Assembly: GCA_951406725.2 (NCBI GenBank)
Contig: OX597821.1
Span: forward strand, 86,552,001 to 86,616,000
Origin: Octopus vulgaris
Lineage: Eukaryota
Length of the DNA: 64,000 nt
Reading direction: 5' to 3'
The notes under the pieces were generated by a model. That model worked only from the letters and a program-made list of their open reading frames with translations, did no database searches and was not told the DNA's origin. Positions within the stretch are counted from its first letter, which is position 1; each line of letters begins with the position of its first letter. Of the stretch, positions 1 to 16,519 are shown piece by piece. Made by a program: the position numbers and the translations under genes.

Positions 1-129
1 GTATGTGTGTATGTATGTATGCATGTATGTATGTATCTCCAAGTTTATGCATAGATAGAAGCAATAAATTCGCTATTACACAGAGAACGACTTTTACGAT
101 CATACTTCAACACGCACTCACTCACACAC

Positions 130-701
130 GCATGCGCTCGCAATCATTCACATACACACACACGCAAACACACACACACAAACACACATATACACACACA
201 CATACACACACAAGCACACACACACAAACACACATACACACACACACATACACACACAAGCACACACGCAAACACACACACACACGCACGCAAATACACA
301 CACACACATACAAACACACAGGCAAACACAGACATACAAACGCACATACATACACACACAAACACACACGCAAACACACACACACGCACGCAAATACACA
401 CACACACACACAAACACACAGGCAAACACAGACATACAAACGCACACACATACACACACAAACACACACGCAAACACACACACACGCACGCAAATACACA
501 CACACACACATACAAACACACAGGCAAACACAGACATACAAACGCACACACATACACACACAAACACACACGCAAACACACAAACACACACGCAAATACA
601 CACACACACATACAAACACACAGGCAAGCACAGACATACAAACGCACACAAACACACACAAACACACACAAACACAAATACACACAAACACACACACACA
701 A

Positions 702-732
<31 letters not shown>

Positions 733-949
733 AACACACACGCAAATACGCACACACACACACATACAAACACATACGCAAACATACGCAGACACACACA
801 CACACACACACACACATACAAACACACAGGCAAACACATACATACAAACGCACACACAAACACACACACAAACACACACAAACACACACGCAAACACATA
901 CACACGCAAATACACACACACACACATACAAACACACACGCAAACATAC

Positions 950-981
<32 letters not shown>
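130..981. repeat. CA-rich compound satellite with ~100-bp higher-order period
   Basis: CAGGCAAACACAGACATACAAACGCA recurs at ~319, 419, 521, 621. Confidence 0.9.
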
Positions 982-985
<4 letters not shown>

Positions 986-1294
986 CACCTATAATTCTGC
1001 GCATCTGTTAATTGATTCTTAATTTGCATACTTACATTTTCTCCGCGAGGGTTCTCGTACGCGTTTTTCGTCTGGATATGATAAAACAATGCAAATTTAT
1101 TAAGAAAAACAATTACTGATACTTTTGCGCGCACGAAGACATTTTACATTATTTATTTATCTATTTATTTATTTGTTTGTTTATTTATTTATTTACTTAT
1201 TTATTTTTGAAATGTGGACCAAGTGATTTACATTTGAAATTGATGATAATGAGAGTTTTCATAAGTCGAATAAACTGGTTGAACGAGTTCGTTT

Positions 1295-1334
1295 GAAAGA
1301 AAGAAAGAAAGAAAGAAAGAGAGAAAGGATGGAA

Positions 1335-1383
<49 letters not shown>

Positions 1384-1403
1384 GAGAGAAGGAAAGAAAG
1401 GAA

Positions 1404-1449
<46 letters not shown>

Positions 1450-1745
1450 GAAGGAAAGAAAGGAAGGAAGAAAGAAAGAAAGAAAGGAAGGAAGGAAGAA
1501 AGAAAGGAAGGAAGGAAAGAAGGAAGGAAGGAAGGAAGGAAAGAAGGAAGGAAGGAAGGAAGGAAGGAAGGAAGAAAGAAAGAAAGAAAAAAAGAAAGAA
1601 AAGAAAGAAAAAAGACGAAAGAAAGAAAGGAAGAAAGAAAGGAAAGAAAGGAAGGAAGAAAGGAAGAAAGGAAGGAAGGAAGGAAGGAAGAAAGGAAAGA
1701 AGGGAGGAAGGAAGGAAGGGAGGAAGGAAAGAAGGAAGACAGAAA
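1295..1745. repeat. (GAAA)n/(GGAA)n polypurine tract
   Basis: Seen directly. Confidence 0.95.
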
Positions 1746-1764
1746 AATGAAGGGAATGTGAACA

Positions 1765-2478
1765 TACGAGGTGGATTGAAAGAGTTGCAGGACTAGTAAT
1801 GCATAAATTTAAAAAATTAACTTATCTACTCTTTACTCTCTTTACTTGTTTCAGTGATTTGACTGTGGCCATGCTGGAGCACCTCCTTTTAGTCGAGCAA
1901 ATCGAACCCAGGACTTATTCTTTGGAAGCCTAGTACTTAATCTATCGGTTTCTTTTGCCGAACCGCTAAGTTACGGGGACGTAAACACACCAGCATCGGT
2001 CGTCAAGCGATGTTTGGGGGACAAACACAGACACACAAATGTATACACACACACACACTCACACACACACACACACACACACATGCACACACATATATAT
2101 ATATACATACATATATACGACGGGCTTCTTTCAGTTTCCGTCTACCAAATCCACTCACAAGGCTTTGGTCGGCCCGAGGCTATAGTAGAAGACACTTGCC
2201 CAAGGTGCCACGGAACCTATTTACCTAAGTTTTAACATCATCTACTTCGAAATAGTAACCTTGTGCAACAATACACCAGTCCAAGCGTTTCTACCACTTT
2301 TGGAATCCGGACTGGAAGTCATTTTCCGTAAGCGAGTCGAGGACTTTCTCCGATTCGCTCTGGATTATTACGGCAAAATGAAGATCACTGCAAGCCCTCA
2401 TTGTGAACGCAACCGTGTGCTGCCATCTGTTGGCGCTACAGAACTAGTCTGAAAACTTTTTGTTGAGGTAAAATCGTA
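1765..2478 (-). mobile_element. Mariner-derived deletion element (same family as 11506-12435) interrupted by a SINE
   Basis: TACGAG..GACTAG and ACTAGT..CGTA ends; TATTTACCTAAGTTTTAACATCATC block shared with 11570-11710. Confidence 0.65.
1830..2216 (-). mobile_element. tRNA-derived SINE family A (5'-truncated)
   Basis: Reverse complement of the 2610-3016 consensus, with internal microsatellite. Confidence 0.85.
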
Positions 2479-2609
2479 TACATACATGTATATATACGTG
2501 TGTGTGTGTGTGTGTGTGTAAACGTGCATGAGAGAAAGATAATCCAACTTGAAATCTATATTGTTTTTAGACTTTGATCATCCTGCATTTTTTTTTAATA
2601 TTGTTGATA

Positions 2610-2780
2610 GGCGCAGGTGTGGCTGTGTGGTAAGTAGCTTGCATACCAACCACATGGTTCCGGGTTCAGTCCCACTGTGTGGCACCTTGGGCAAGTGTCT
2701 TCTACTATAGCCTCGGGCCGACCAAAGCCTTGTGAGTGGATTTGGTAGACGGAAACTGAAAGAAGCCCGTCGTATATATG

Positions 2781-2813
<33 letters not shown>

Positions 2814-3016
2814 TTGTGTTTGTCCCCCTAGCATTGCTTGACAACCGATGCTGGTGTGTTTACGTCACCGTCACATAGCGGTTCGGCAAAAGAGACCGAT
2901 AGAATAAGTACTGGGCTTACAAAGAATAAGTCCCGGGGTCGATTTGCTCGACTAAAGGCGGTGCTCCAGCATGGCCGCAGTCAAATGACTGAAACAAGTA
3001 AAAGAGCGTAAAAGAG
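2610..3016 (+). mobile_element. tRNA-derived SINE family A, full length
   Basis: A-box-like TGGCTGTGTGG, B-box-like GGTTCAGTCC, internal (TA)/(TG)n, tail GACTGAAACAAGTAAAAGA; more than 12 copies in the window. Confidence 0.9.
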
Positions 3017-4193
3017 AGGCATTTATGATTTACAAGCCTTTGTCACTATCAAATTTTATGCGTGGGAACTTCCCCCCACCCCCATCTCTTTATTCCTCCA
3101 AAATAAAATCAAGACTCGAACTTATTAAAGCCACAAACAGACTGCAGTTATTTCGTTGCAGCAATCGGAGTATAATGAACGTCTAATACAATAAAATATG
3201 GCCACTTCTGTAGTTTCTTCGTTTCTGAGGGTACTCTAAGGTCTAGGTTAAGCAGGGGCAGTCATAATAGTCAAGTTGCACGTGCGGCTACATCTTCAAA
3301 AGAAGATAACTAGGAATGAGTTTAGCCTGCCATACAGGTGTATGACTTTGCCATCATGAGAACCCGTGGGAAGGAGGCATTACTCCTTTGGAATAAGGCA
3401 AGATGGGGAACAAAAGGTGGCTATACTCAATAGCAATGCAACAGCCATAAGTTATCTAAAAAGATTATTCTCCATTGAAGAATTACCATGTATTACGGCA
3501 TACAAGTCGAATTTTTCAGACCATAATTTTCAACCAACAAAAATAAGTCGACTAATTCACTAAGATTGCTTTGTTGGACCAAAAACCCCACGTAAAAAGC
3601 AACAGGTTTAGGAAAGATAGTGACGATGTTTGAATGTTTATAAATGCCCGCTTACATCGACTTGTGTGCCGGAAAACAGAATAAATTGTTGCTGGTTCAG
3701 ACCTATTACATATAATTATTCGCGGTTAAAAATAAAATTATTGGTTTGTATACTTACATCGCTGTTGTCTATTCCGTTTTTCTATAGATTATAAAACAAA
3801 GAATTTATTTAGAACAATGATGTTGATTCAAGATAATTTCTATTAGTTTTAAGTGAACTTAACTGAAATGAGAATTTGGGGGTTAATGAAAGAGAAACTG
3901 AAACACGTATAGAAATTCGATTTTTTTTAAATGAATTATTTTTTAGTTCGATTCGATCTCAGATTTTAATTACAATATTTATAAACGTTTATCGATTTGT
4001 TTCATTTTCATGTTCACTAACGATGAGAATTACAGAAGTCTCCTGTTTTTGTTTCATTTTTTTTTTTATTAGAAATTTCAAACCGACAATTCCAGATGGC
4101 GGGTGTAGGAAAGCAACGAAACAATATTTTGGATTATGTTCAATGATATAGAATTGTTATATAATATATAATATAGGATCGTTGTATAATTAA

Positions 4194-4571
4194 CTAGCAG
4201 CATCGCCCGGCGTTGCTCGGGTTTGTAAAGGAAATAACTATATAAGCATTTTTAGAGAGTTATAGCCAAAAAATAGCAAAAAAATGCATTAAAAATGGAA
4301 AAAAAATTATGGTAAATTTTTTTTTAAATCGTTGACTCATCGTAGACATTTTTAGAGAGTTATTTCCCTTATATAATAGCGAAAAAAATGATGGTAAATT
4401 TTTTTTAAATCGTAGACTCATCGTAGACGCGCGCTAATACCCAGAAGGGCTCGATATGAATCACGACTATAAGATACCCGGTTTTGGTTAAACTGCACCG
4501 CAAAATGTGGGAGTAGTTAGGAATCTAAATCGTTGGAGACAGACACACAACTTCACTCTTATATATAAAGA
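4194..4571 (-). mobile_element. Non-autonomous Helitron
   Basis: Minus strand A|TC...CCCGAGCAACGCCGGG hairpin...CTAG|T; related copies at 6491-6782 and 60131-60518. Confidence 0.85.
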
Positions 4572-4869
4572 TGAATGACGTGTTGCCACAAAGAACGAAA
4601 CTATGTGGAACATGTTGCTGTGTTAGATACAGAAGAGTAGTCTGTCTTACGAGTGCTATGTAACAGACAAAAACCAAGAACACTAACGTCAAATAATGGA
4701 AATAAAATAATACCATCAAAATAGTATACAGAATGGATTTCTTGGATTTGATTTGAAAATATAGAACACTATAATTGACAATCAGTAAAAAGATCACTGG
4801 CTATCGATACAATTGCGATTAAAGACCCATAAGTGTATTGACATGGGTTGGGGATCGACTACAATGGAG

Positions 4870-5300
4870 TTCCTCCTTGTGTCCCTCCTCCTAGCCTTCA
4901 TCCTCCTACTCTTCCTCTTACTCCTCCTACTCTTCTTCTTACTCATCGCCTTCTTTCTCCTTCTATTCCTCCTCCTAGTCTTCCGCTTGCTCATCGTTTT
5001 CCTACACCTTCTACTCCTCCTCCTCCTAGTCTTCCTCTTACTCCTCCTAGTCTTCCTCTTACTCATCACCTTCTTTCTCCTTCTATTCCTCCTCCTAGTC
5101 TTCCTCTTACTCATCGTTTTCCTACTCCTTCTACTCCTCCTAGTCTTCCTCCTAGTCTTCTTCTTACTCCTTCTCCTCTTCCCCTCCTCCTCCTTCCCTC
5201 TCCTTCTCCTTCTCCTTGTCTTCCTTTTTCTATTCCTTTTCCTTCGCTTCCTCCTCTTTGTTTTCATTCTTCTCCACCTCCACCTTCTCTTTCTTCTTTT
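4870..5300. repeat. Cryptic CTC/CTT trinucleotide polypyrimidine repeat
   Basis: Seen directly; internal higher-order duplications. Confidence 0.9.
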
Positions 5301-6490
5301 TAAATGACAAGCTTCCACAGATTGAACTCAGAGCTGCACAGCTTCAAATTAGAGACCTTCTAATCACAGTAATAGTTGGTTTCAGCACTTTCCTTAGCAG
5401 TCCTCATGCTACGAGTCCGGAAAATTAACAGCGCTGGTACCACTAAATCCCACGGGGCCACACATCACTATAGGCCATTCTGTTCTTTTTCTTAAGTTTT
5501 CTCGCCTCATCTTAGAAACAGGGCGGCCAGAGATTAACTGTAAGAAATAAACCTGGAACTCAAAACATTTGTTGTCTGTTTTTCATAAATGACCAGTTAA
5601 CTTATCGACACTGAAAGAGTCAGTATTCTGCCATCTACCCTGGTGCCAGGTAACAAGGAACTGACACCAATTCTTCTGTCGGCTCTTAACCAGCCTACAG
5701 TTACTGTTTCCGGTGAGAACTGTGTTACATTTTCTCTGTTTTGTAAGAGTTTTTATCGAAGTTAAATTACCAACTCAATCCTAAGAGCTTTGTTATTTTT
5801 TATCCTTTCGGTCTCCTGGTGGACGTTCATTCAACAAACCCATCGACTCAACCTTCAATCAATCTTGTGCACAGCATCAGCGCTTGAGCATCTTCTGTCA
5901 GGCCTAGCATTTTTTTCTTTCTTTTCTTTTTCTTTTTTAGTCCTTCTTCAAACAAATCGTCGCTATCTTCGAAAGTACACTGGCATCATTTACTCCGTAT
6001 TTAACAAGAAACACTTTGGTAACGTCATATCATAACTAATGATATAACATCATCATATCATAATTCATCATATCATAACTAATGATCTGCCTCTTATTTT
6101 CAAATCTCGATGACTTACACTTCATCGATAGAAGATTACCAGCGTCTTGCTTTTTAATGACTTGTTGGTCACCAACCCACCTGAAAATGATCAAGAAAAG
6201 CATATGCATCTTCACTTCCACCGCTGTTTCAGTACAGTGTGGTTATTAATCCTAGTAAATGCTCTGAAATTCATATATATATACATGCCTAATGTCACTG
6301 ATATTACACTGACTTTAGTTAAAACTATGAATGTTATTAGACAAAAGATTGCTAATACTTACGTGACAGAGCAAGACCGATCAATGCAATCAGCAACAAC
6401 AGCAAAATTAATCTAAGTGACATCGCCCAGTTCTCTGTAATTAGGATGTGAAATAAACGTCAGTTAAGAAAACATCTAAAATATTTAGTA

Positions 6491-6782
6491 CTAGCAGTAT
6501 CACCCGGCGTTGTAAGGGAAATAACTATATAAGCATTTTTAGAGAATTACTTCCCTTATATAAATCGAGCAAAAATAGATTAAAAATGCGGAAAAATTAT
6601 GGTAATTTTTTTTAAATCGTAGGCTCATCGTAGACGCGCGCTAATACCCAGAAGGGCTCTATATGAATCACGACTATAAGATACCCGCTTTTGGTTAAAC
6701 TGCACCGCAAAATGTGGGAGTAGTTAGGAATCTAAAGCGAAGTAGACAGACACACACACAACTACAGTTTTATATATAAAGA
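6491..6782 (-). mobile_element. Non-autonomous Helitron
   Basis: Same family as 4194-4571; TC/CTAG ends. Confidence 0.85.
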
Positions 6783-6815
6783 TTGACTGATTATATGCTT
6801 CATAACTTTAACTAA

Positions 6816-7215
6816 GGTGCAGACATGGATGTATGGTTAAGAAACTTGCTTCCTGACCATATGGTCCTGGGTTCCGTCCCACTGCGTGGCGTTTTGAGCA
6901 ACTGTATTCTACTATAGCCCCGAGCCGACCAAAACCTTGAGTATATTTGGTTGGTGGAAACTGAAAAAAGCCTGTTGTGCGTATTTGTGTGCGTGTGCTC
7001 GCACGCGCGCGTCTTTGTGTTTGTGTTTGTCCCCCCACCACCGCTAGACAACTGGTGTTGGTTTGCTTACATCCCCGTAACTGAGCTGCAAAAGAGACCG
7101 ATAGAGTAAGTACTAGACTTTAAAAATTGAGCTTTGGAGTCGATTCGTTCGACTGAACTCGTTAGGGCAGTAATCCAGCTTAGTCACACTCCAATGACGG
7201 AAACAAGTAAAAGAT
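6816..7215 (+). mobile_element. SINE family A (diverged)
   Basis: Colinear with 2610-3016. Confidence 0.8.
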
Positions 7216-7645
7216 TCAACAAAAGTATTAACATATTTCATTAATCCTTTAATTAGCAAAATTAATTTTGGACGACAGAGTTAAGCTCCTGGCAATGTTA
7301 CAGTTAAATACATGCTACCTACTGTATCCATAGACTAAACTGTTAGCTCTCAGTAAAGTCTACAAAAAGTATACTTTTTTGGAGGAAGAATTCTACTTTA
7401 AGCACCCCATATAAATTCTCATAACATGTTTGTTTTTTTTTTTTTTGAATTTTCAGAATATTTTTGCGAATTTGTGTTCTACATACGAGAATTCATAAGA
7501 TCATGCTAAAACAATTTTTAAGTAATGTTTGTATTTAAACTTATAATGCATGTATTTAATTGGCAAAAGATGATCCTAAAGTATAAAAATATCTATTTCA
7601 ACGAACGCTTTCACATCAAGAATCTTGCTAACCAAATACATAAAC

Positions 7646-7683
<38 letters not shown>

Positions 7684-7690
<7 letters not shown>

Positions 7691-7920
7691 GGAAAAAACC
7701 ACCTTTTATCAATTCAAAATGAACAATTAAATTACACCATCCAGAAAATTACATAAAATAGAAATATTAAAATTAAAATAACAATAAAATGCAATTTACT
7801 TGATCATTGACATTTTATTGTTATTTTAATTTTAATATTTCTATTATATGTAATTTTCTGGATGGTGTAATTTAATTGTTCATTTTGAATTGATAAAAGG
7901 TGGGTTTTTTTCTAATTTTT
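7684..7920. repeat. Foldback inverted repeat (~110-bp arms) between (TA)n tracts
   Basis: 7684-7795 is near-perfectly reverse-complementary to 7806-7920. Confidence 0.9.
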
Positions 7921-8079
7921 TTATATATATATTATATTGTGGGAAATTTTATTTAGTATTTCTAAATTGAATTTTTTTTCCTTGTAAGTTTGGATTTTAT
8001 TCCCTCAAAAAATAATTACATTTATATATGTGTACACATATATACATATATATATAGATATCGATATATATATGTATCG

Positions 8080-8120
<41 letters not shown>

Positions 8121-8133
8121 CATACATATATAC

Positions 8134-8164
<31 letters not shown>

Positions 8165-8179
8165 CATATATATATATAC

Positions 8180-9935
<1,756 letters not shown>

Positions 9936-10158
9936 TACATACATACATACATACATACATACATACATACATACATACATACATACGTACATGCATACAT
10001 GCATACATACATACATGCATGCATGCATGCATACATACATACCATACATACATACAGGTTTGGCTGTGTGGTAAGAAGCTTGCTTCCCAACTACATAGTT
10101 CCGCGTTCAGTAAAAGAATAAAAGAATATGTATGCATGTACGTATGTGTGTATGCATA

Positions 10159-10438
<280 letters not shown>

Positions 10439-10457
10439 TATATTCATATATATATAC

Positions 10458-10512
<55 letters not shown>

Positions 10513-10530
10513 TATACATATATATATATA

Positions 10531-11308
<778 letters not shown>

Positions 11309-11309
11309 C

Positions 11310-11344
<35 letters not shown>

Positions 11345-11505
11345 TATATATACTTAGTTTGATTTGAAAACCCCACTAGCATGGGAGAAAGCGCTAATAC
11401 ATGATCTAAGTTATATGATATATATAAAAAATGTAATATACAAATAAATATCAGTAAATATAAACCATCCGATTTTCTGAGTACCTCATTTCTTCTAATA
11501 TATAT

Positions 11506-12432
11506 AAACGAAGCGGTATCAAAAGATTTCCGTACAAGTTATGTTTAATAAAAAAAAAAATGATAACTTATTTACCTAAGTTTTAACATCATCTCCTTCG
11601 AAATAGTCATCGTGCGCAGCTATACACCAGTCCTATCGTTCGTTCCACTTTTGGAATCCGGACTGGAAGTCGCTTTCCGTAAATGAGTCGAAGACCTTCC
11701 ACAATTCGCTCTGGATCTCGACAACGGTGTTAATACGGCGGCCTTTGAGCTACATTTTCATCGTGGTGAAGAGATGGAAGTCCGCAGGTGCTAAATCTGG
11801 CGAGTAGGGCGCGTATGGAATGGATTTAGTAGAAGACACTTCTACGTGTGAAGAGAGCTCGGCGACAGGGTACATTGTCATTGTGAGGAATCCAATTCTT
11901 CACGCTCCATAAATCCGGTCGCTTTCACCGAATATCCTCCTTCAAACACCCAAAAACATCGCAGTAGAATTCTCGATTGACGGTCTGGCCCTGAAGGACG
12001 AATTCTCAGTGCACAATACCACAATTCCGGGGGTGACGCTCGTGGCAGGTTTTGCAGGGACGCTCTTCTGCTCTTGAAGTGCCCGAGCCACAGGAAACAT
12101 TGCGTACGACTCATTGCTTCGTCCCCGTAAGCTTACCGAAGCATGCTCAATGTTTCCGTTGCAGACTTCCCAAGTTTAACGCAAAATTTCACGTTGGCTC
12201 TTTGTTCTAACATCCTGCCCATGACAAAATCGCTGGCTACAGCATATACGTGATCACACAAAGACACAAACTTCACAACTAGCGAAGTAAACACAGCGAT
12301 GTCACTCGGAACAATTCCTCATGAAGGTCTTTGCTATCTCTCTCTCTCTCTCTCTCTCTCTGCGCAAGCAACCTTTGCTGCTATCTGTTAGCGCACTGCA
12401 GAACTAGTTCGGTAACGTTTTGATAACACCTC

Positions 12433-12435
<3 letters not shown>
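11506..12435 (-). mobile_element. Mariner transposon, internally deleted and degenerate
   Basis: MLEQRANVKFCVKLGKSATET N-terminus, PYSPDLAPADFHLF motif, imperfect TIRs (TACGAGGTGTTATCAAAA). Confidence 0.85.
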
Positions 12436-12506
<71 letters not shown>

Positions 12507-12552
12507 ATATATAATATATATATATATATATGTATATGTATATATATGTATA

Positions 12553-12623
<71 letters not shown>

Positions 12624-12661
12624 AAATATATATGTATGTATATATATAATATGTATATATG

Positions 12662-12692
<31 letters not shown>

Positions 12693-12757
12693 ATGTACAT
12701 ACGCACACACACATATACATAGAGAGTGAGAGATATATACATACATACATACATACA

Positions 12758-12790
<33 letters not shown>

Positions 12791-13784
12791 TGTGTGTGTG
12801 TTTAGAGGGATATATTATCCGGGCAGATACTCTGGTAGCTCTCAGTTATGTTCCAGGTTGCCGATAACCGCATCGATTAATATTTTACGTCTGTGTCTAC
12901 TAGAAGTTGTCACTCACGCAGTAAACTCCTCCGATGGGTAATTCCTTGTTCGCCTCATTGGATGGCAATACTATCTGGAGTGTATATCAGCACTAAATAT
13001 AACTATAGAGTATATGGAGACTGGTATATCCTAAAAATTTATTTCCTTTTATTTTACAATGTCACGCAGCATATCTTTTATGATTATATATATTAACGTA
13101 TCAGATGCAAAATACAAGAAGCAAAAGCAAAATGGAAACAGAATCGCCCACTATTAAAGGAAGGAAACTTACTTTCCAGCAAACGGTGAGTTCCTCTGTA
13201 CACAGATCAAAACTTGTGAGTGTTTTGTCTATAAATAGGAATGGACATGACCCTTATATAGGAAGCTTTGTCCCGCTTGACCAATTTTACTTCAATAGCA
13301 TCTGAAGAATTAAGAACTTCACTATAGCAATATTTGTTGCCACTATTGTCGTTTGTACAAGTGGGGAGAATGTGTGTTTATACATGTATGTACATGCATA
13401 AGCTGTATATACTTTGAATATTTATAAGCCGATGCCGGTGGATTAAGTTTATTGTGCAAATATGGTTATTATTGCGTTGTCTATTTGGGAAAATTCATGT
13501 CTCTTCATCACCAAATCAACCGTGTATCCATGATTAAAAAACTTTTTAAAATTGTTTAGTCGAGAATAGGGGTTCTCAACCATTTTTTTAAAATCTCTGG
13601 ACCCCTTTGATTACTATTTTATTCTGTTAGACCCCCATAGCCGTTTAAGGTTTAAAAACTGGTTTTACAGGAACTTCTTTCAAAATTCCTATTTTGTTTT
13701 TCACACACATTTACTTGTGTAGGTTGAACTTTGTAAAATGCTACAGAAAGAAACTTAGCTGTTTCTTGCAATATATTACACAAC

Positions 13785-14192
13785 TCTTACTCTTTTACTT
13801 GTTTCAGTCATTTCACTGTGGCCATGCTGGAGCATCGACTTTTAGTCGAGCAAATCTACCCCAGGACTTTTTTTGTAAGCCTAGTACTTATTCTACAGGT
13901 CTCTTTCGCCGAAACGCTAAGCTACGGGGGCGTAAACACACCAGCATCGGTTGTCAAGCGATGATGGGGGACAAACACAGACACACAAACATATACACAC
14001 ACAGACACATATATATATACATATATACGACGGGCTTCTTTCAGTTTCCGTCTACTAAATCCACTCACAAGGCTTTGGTCGGCCCGAGGCTATAGTAAAA
14101 GATACTTGCCCAAAGTGCCACGCAGTGGGACTGAACTCGAAACCATGTGGTTCGTAAGCGAGCTACTTACCACACACCCATTCCTACGCCTA
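13785..14192 (-). mobile_element. SINE family A, nested in a hAT-like MITE remnant that starts at ~13567
   Basis: Reverse complement of the SINE A consensus; upstream TAGGGGTTCTCAACC TIR. Confidence 0.85.
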
Positions 14193-14479
14193 TAACACTA
14201 CATACATCTGAAAAAAGCTTTTTTTTTTCAGGGGCTCTAAACAATAAGATACCGGAGATACTGATGTTTTTCAACAATTACAAATATCGCTACGTGCTTC
14301 TAGGAAATGTTTTGCAACTCCATACTCTCAGGTTCGATCCCTGTGTTTGACACCTTGGGCAAGTATCTTTTATCACAGCTTTAGGTCGACCAAAGTTATC
14401 TTGTAAAAGTGGTCTTCCAATGTCGGAAACGACGTAGAAGTCCATCATAGAGCCCGTCCCAGTTCTTGATTTTCAAACT

Positions 14480-14900
14480 TAACCTGTCGCCCGATTTAAC
14501 ATCACTTCCATTTAACAGCGTCCTTTCTGCTGCAAGCAACTGGGTAGGTCTCTTGTCATGAGTATTGCTCTTCTTCCTTTATCGAAGCCAATAAACAAGA
14601 AGCTGTAAGAAAAGGATAGATTGTGATGAATTTCTAGAGGATTGAGTATCTGGGAGTAGGAACAAAGTGAAGAAGTTAGTAGGGTACCTGAGTGTGTAGG
14701 ATATGCACAGCGTAGTGGGAAGTGACGAGTGAATCGCTTCGGAGATAGAATGAGATCAGCCAGTTCCAAGGAGTAGAACCCATTTTAGTAGCGGTAAAAG
14801 AAGAAGAGAAAAAGAATAGTACAGTTATGTATCAGAGATTACGGTGCTTTGAAAAGTGACTGAATGCAAACAGTCGGTGACCTTTTGAGTAGTGTGGTCA
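14480..14900 (-). mobile_element. Degenerate CR1/Jockey-group LINE 3' fragment
   Basis: LFYRY.NG..S.ELADLI pattern. Confidence 0.5.
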
Positions 14901-15269
14901 AGAATGTTTGTACGAATACCAGTAGCGGTGTCACAGATGTAGAAGTAGTTTTTTTTTTAGTAAATCTCCCTTGGTTGTGGGATAAGGTTATAACTGTATG
15001 GAACGGAAGTATTTTCCAGACCCTGTAGCGGAAGGCCATACGTTGAAATTCGCCTTTTGTTACATTGCTGATGAAACATCGCCAAGAGATATCCCTAGTG
15101 GTGGTGATGATATTAAACATTTGTTGCGACCTCGAAGATTCAAGTTGCGTGTTTTTTTGGGGTTTTTTATGTTAAGGTGAGTACGATACTGCTTTATGTA
15201 AATTAATTGTGTTTTGTTGCTGAAAGACCCAAGATTGGCATGAGTAAATTTGAGAATGGTGTAGAGGTT

Positions 15270-15585
15270 TCTATTCAAAGAAGCAGTGCGGATTTGTCAT
15301 ATCGTATCAACCTATTCTATAGTGTCTACTCTTACAACATCAGCTTCTGTTCCTCGGAGCCAGCTAGGCTTGTGTCACATACACTCAAGGACCCTCGACT
15401 CATTCCTCTTCCATCCTTTTGTCCCCTATATTTTGTCTTCTCCACCCTCAAAGCGTTGCTCCAACTACTTTACACAATCCTACCGCACTGAAATAACAGC
15501 CGTTTGGAATTCTCACTCTGCTCCTGATCTTACTGCAGTCGTCACTTTGCAAAGAACATTAAACAGCAGAACAATAAACGGCAGT
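15270..15585 (+). mobile_element. Degenerate CR1/Jockey-group LINE 3' fragment
   Basis: LFY...CSSE..RLV...HPF...QSY...AVWNS pattern. Confidence 0.5.
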
Positions 15586-16139
15586 TGGGGACAATGGTTA
15601 TGGACAGGTTCCCCTCCAAAATAAAATGCGCTAATTTGATGTATACATATTGTAGAAAAATTACTGTAGATTAGAGTGGGAAAAGAGAATGTAATAGTGT
15701 CGCAAACAGCGGAAAGAACCCACTAACACACAAATAACTGCAAGAGACTGGATAGCATCTGAGATTTGTTAAGGTCTCCAATTTCTAACAGAAGCATCCA
15801 ACCACTACCCATGGACATGTAGGGAAGGTATTCAATGAACTCCCAAACAGACAAAAATCAAATCTTAGAAGTCTCGTCTACTGAGAGGGAAAAACAAAAC
15901 TAATTCACACGCGCACACACCTACACACATACACACACATATTCTTTTTATATCAAGTTTTATATATATACAAATATACAATTCAACTTTAAGCTGAAGA
16001 CTTACTCCAAACTTTTTAGTAAGGAACATGTTTATTAAAATGTTAATTATCATTATTTTAATGAAACTCTCAGCTTATTTTGTTGGGTGAGATGGAAAGT
16101 ATCAGCTGTCTAAGGTGACACTTGTTTACTGATCACACT

Positions 16140-16490
16140 TCAAGAACCCCATGGAGAACTTTTGCAGTTCCAAGCAATGATGATTTTTGTAGGTGGTCTA
16201 TCTTCACACTTGCACCAATCTTTTTCAGCCATGTTGGTAGTTGAGTGCTGATACTTCCAAACGCACCAATTACTATTCGTATCGCGTCCACTCTCTTCAT
16301 TGCCCACGACTTGCGTATTTCCCACTTGAATTCGTCCTAGTTGTTCATTTTTCCTTCTTTCTCTTCGATCCTGTTATCACCGGGACATGCTATATCGATA
16401 TCATACATGTTTTTTTTTCCTTTTTGTTCACAACAATGTCTGGTTTCCGATGTCTGATCTGGTGGTCCCACTGAATTATTGAATCTCACA
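16140..16490 (-). mobile_element. R4/Dong-like non-LTR fragment (RLE endonuclease end)
   Basis: DIACPGDNRIEEKE...IIAWNC/LGTA-type C-terminal motif. Confidence 0.65.
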
Positions 16491-16519
16491 GGATTTTGCA
16501 ATCTTTTATTTATATCATT

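Noticed and set aside
3-1134. Long ORFs of 286-339 aa (HT/VC-rich)
   Set aside because: Translations of the CA satellite; no codon complexity
1259-1796. K/E/R-rich and F/L/S-rich ORFs
   Set aside because: GAAA/GGAA simple repeat
4794-5318. Protamine-like Arg/Lys-rich ORF and poly-Leu ORF
   Set aside because: Open in several frames on both strands because it is a trinucleotide repeat; no splice or promoter support
12890-13310. Possible exons of a second gene (splice-like motifs)
   Set aside because: Short or stop-interrupted frames, weak acceptors, no recognisable homology
15060-15100. CTGATGA motif (also 22759 and 50712)
   Set aside because: No stem II/GAAA/stem III arrangement; the 50712 instance is the YADD codons of RTE RT
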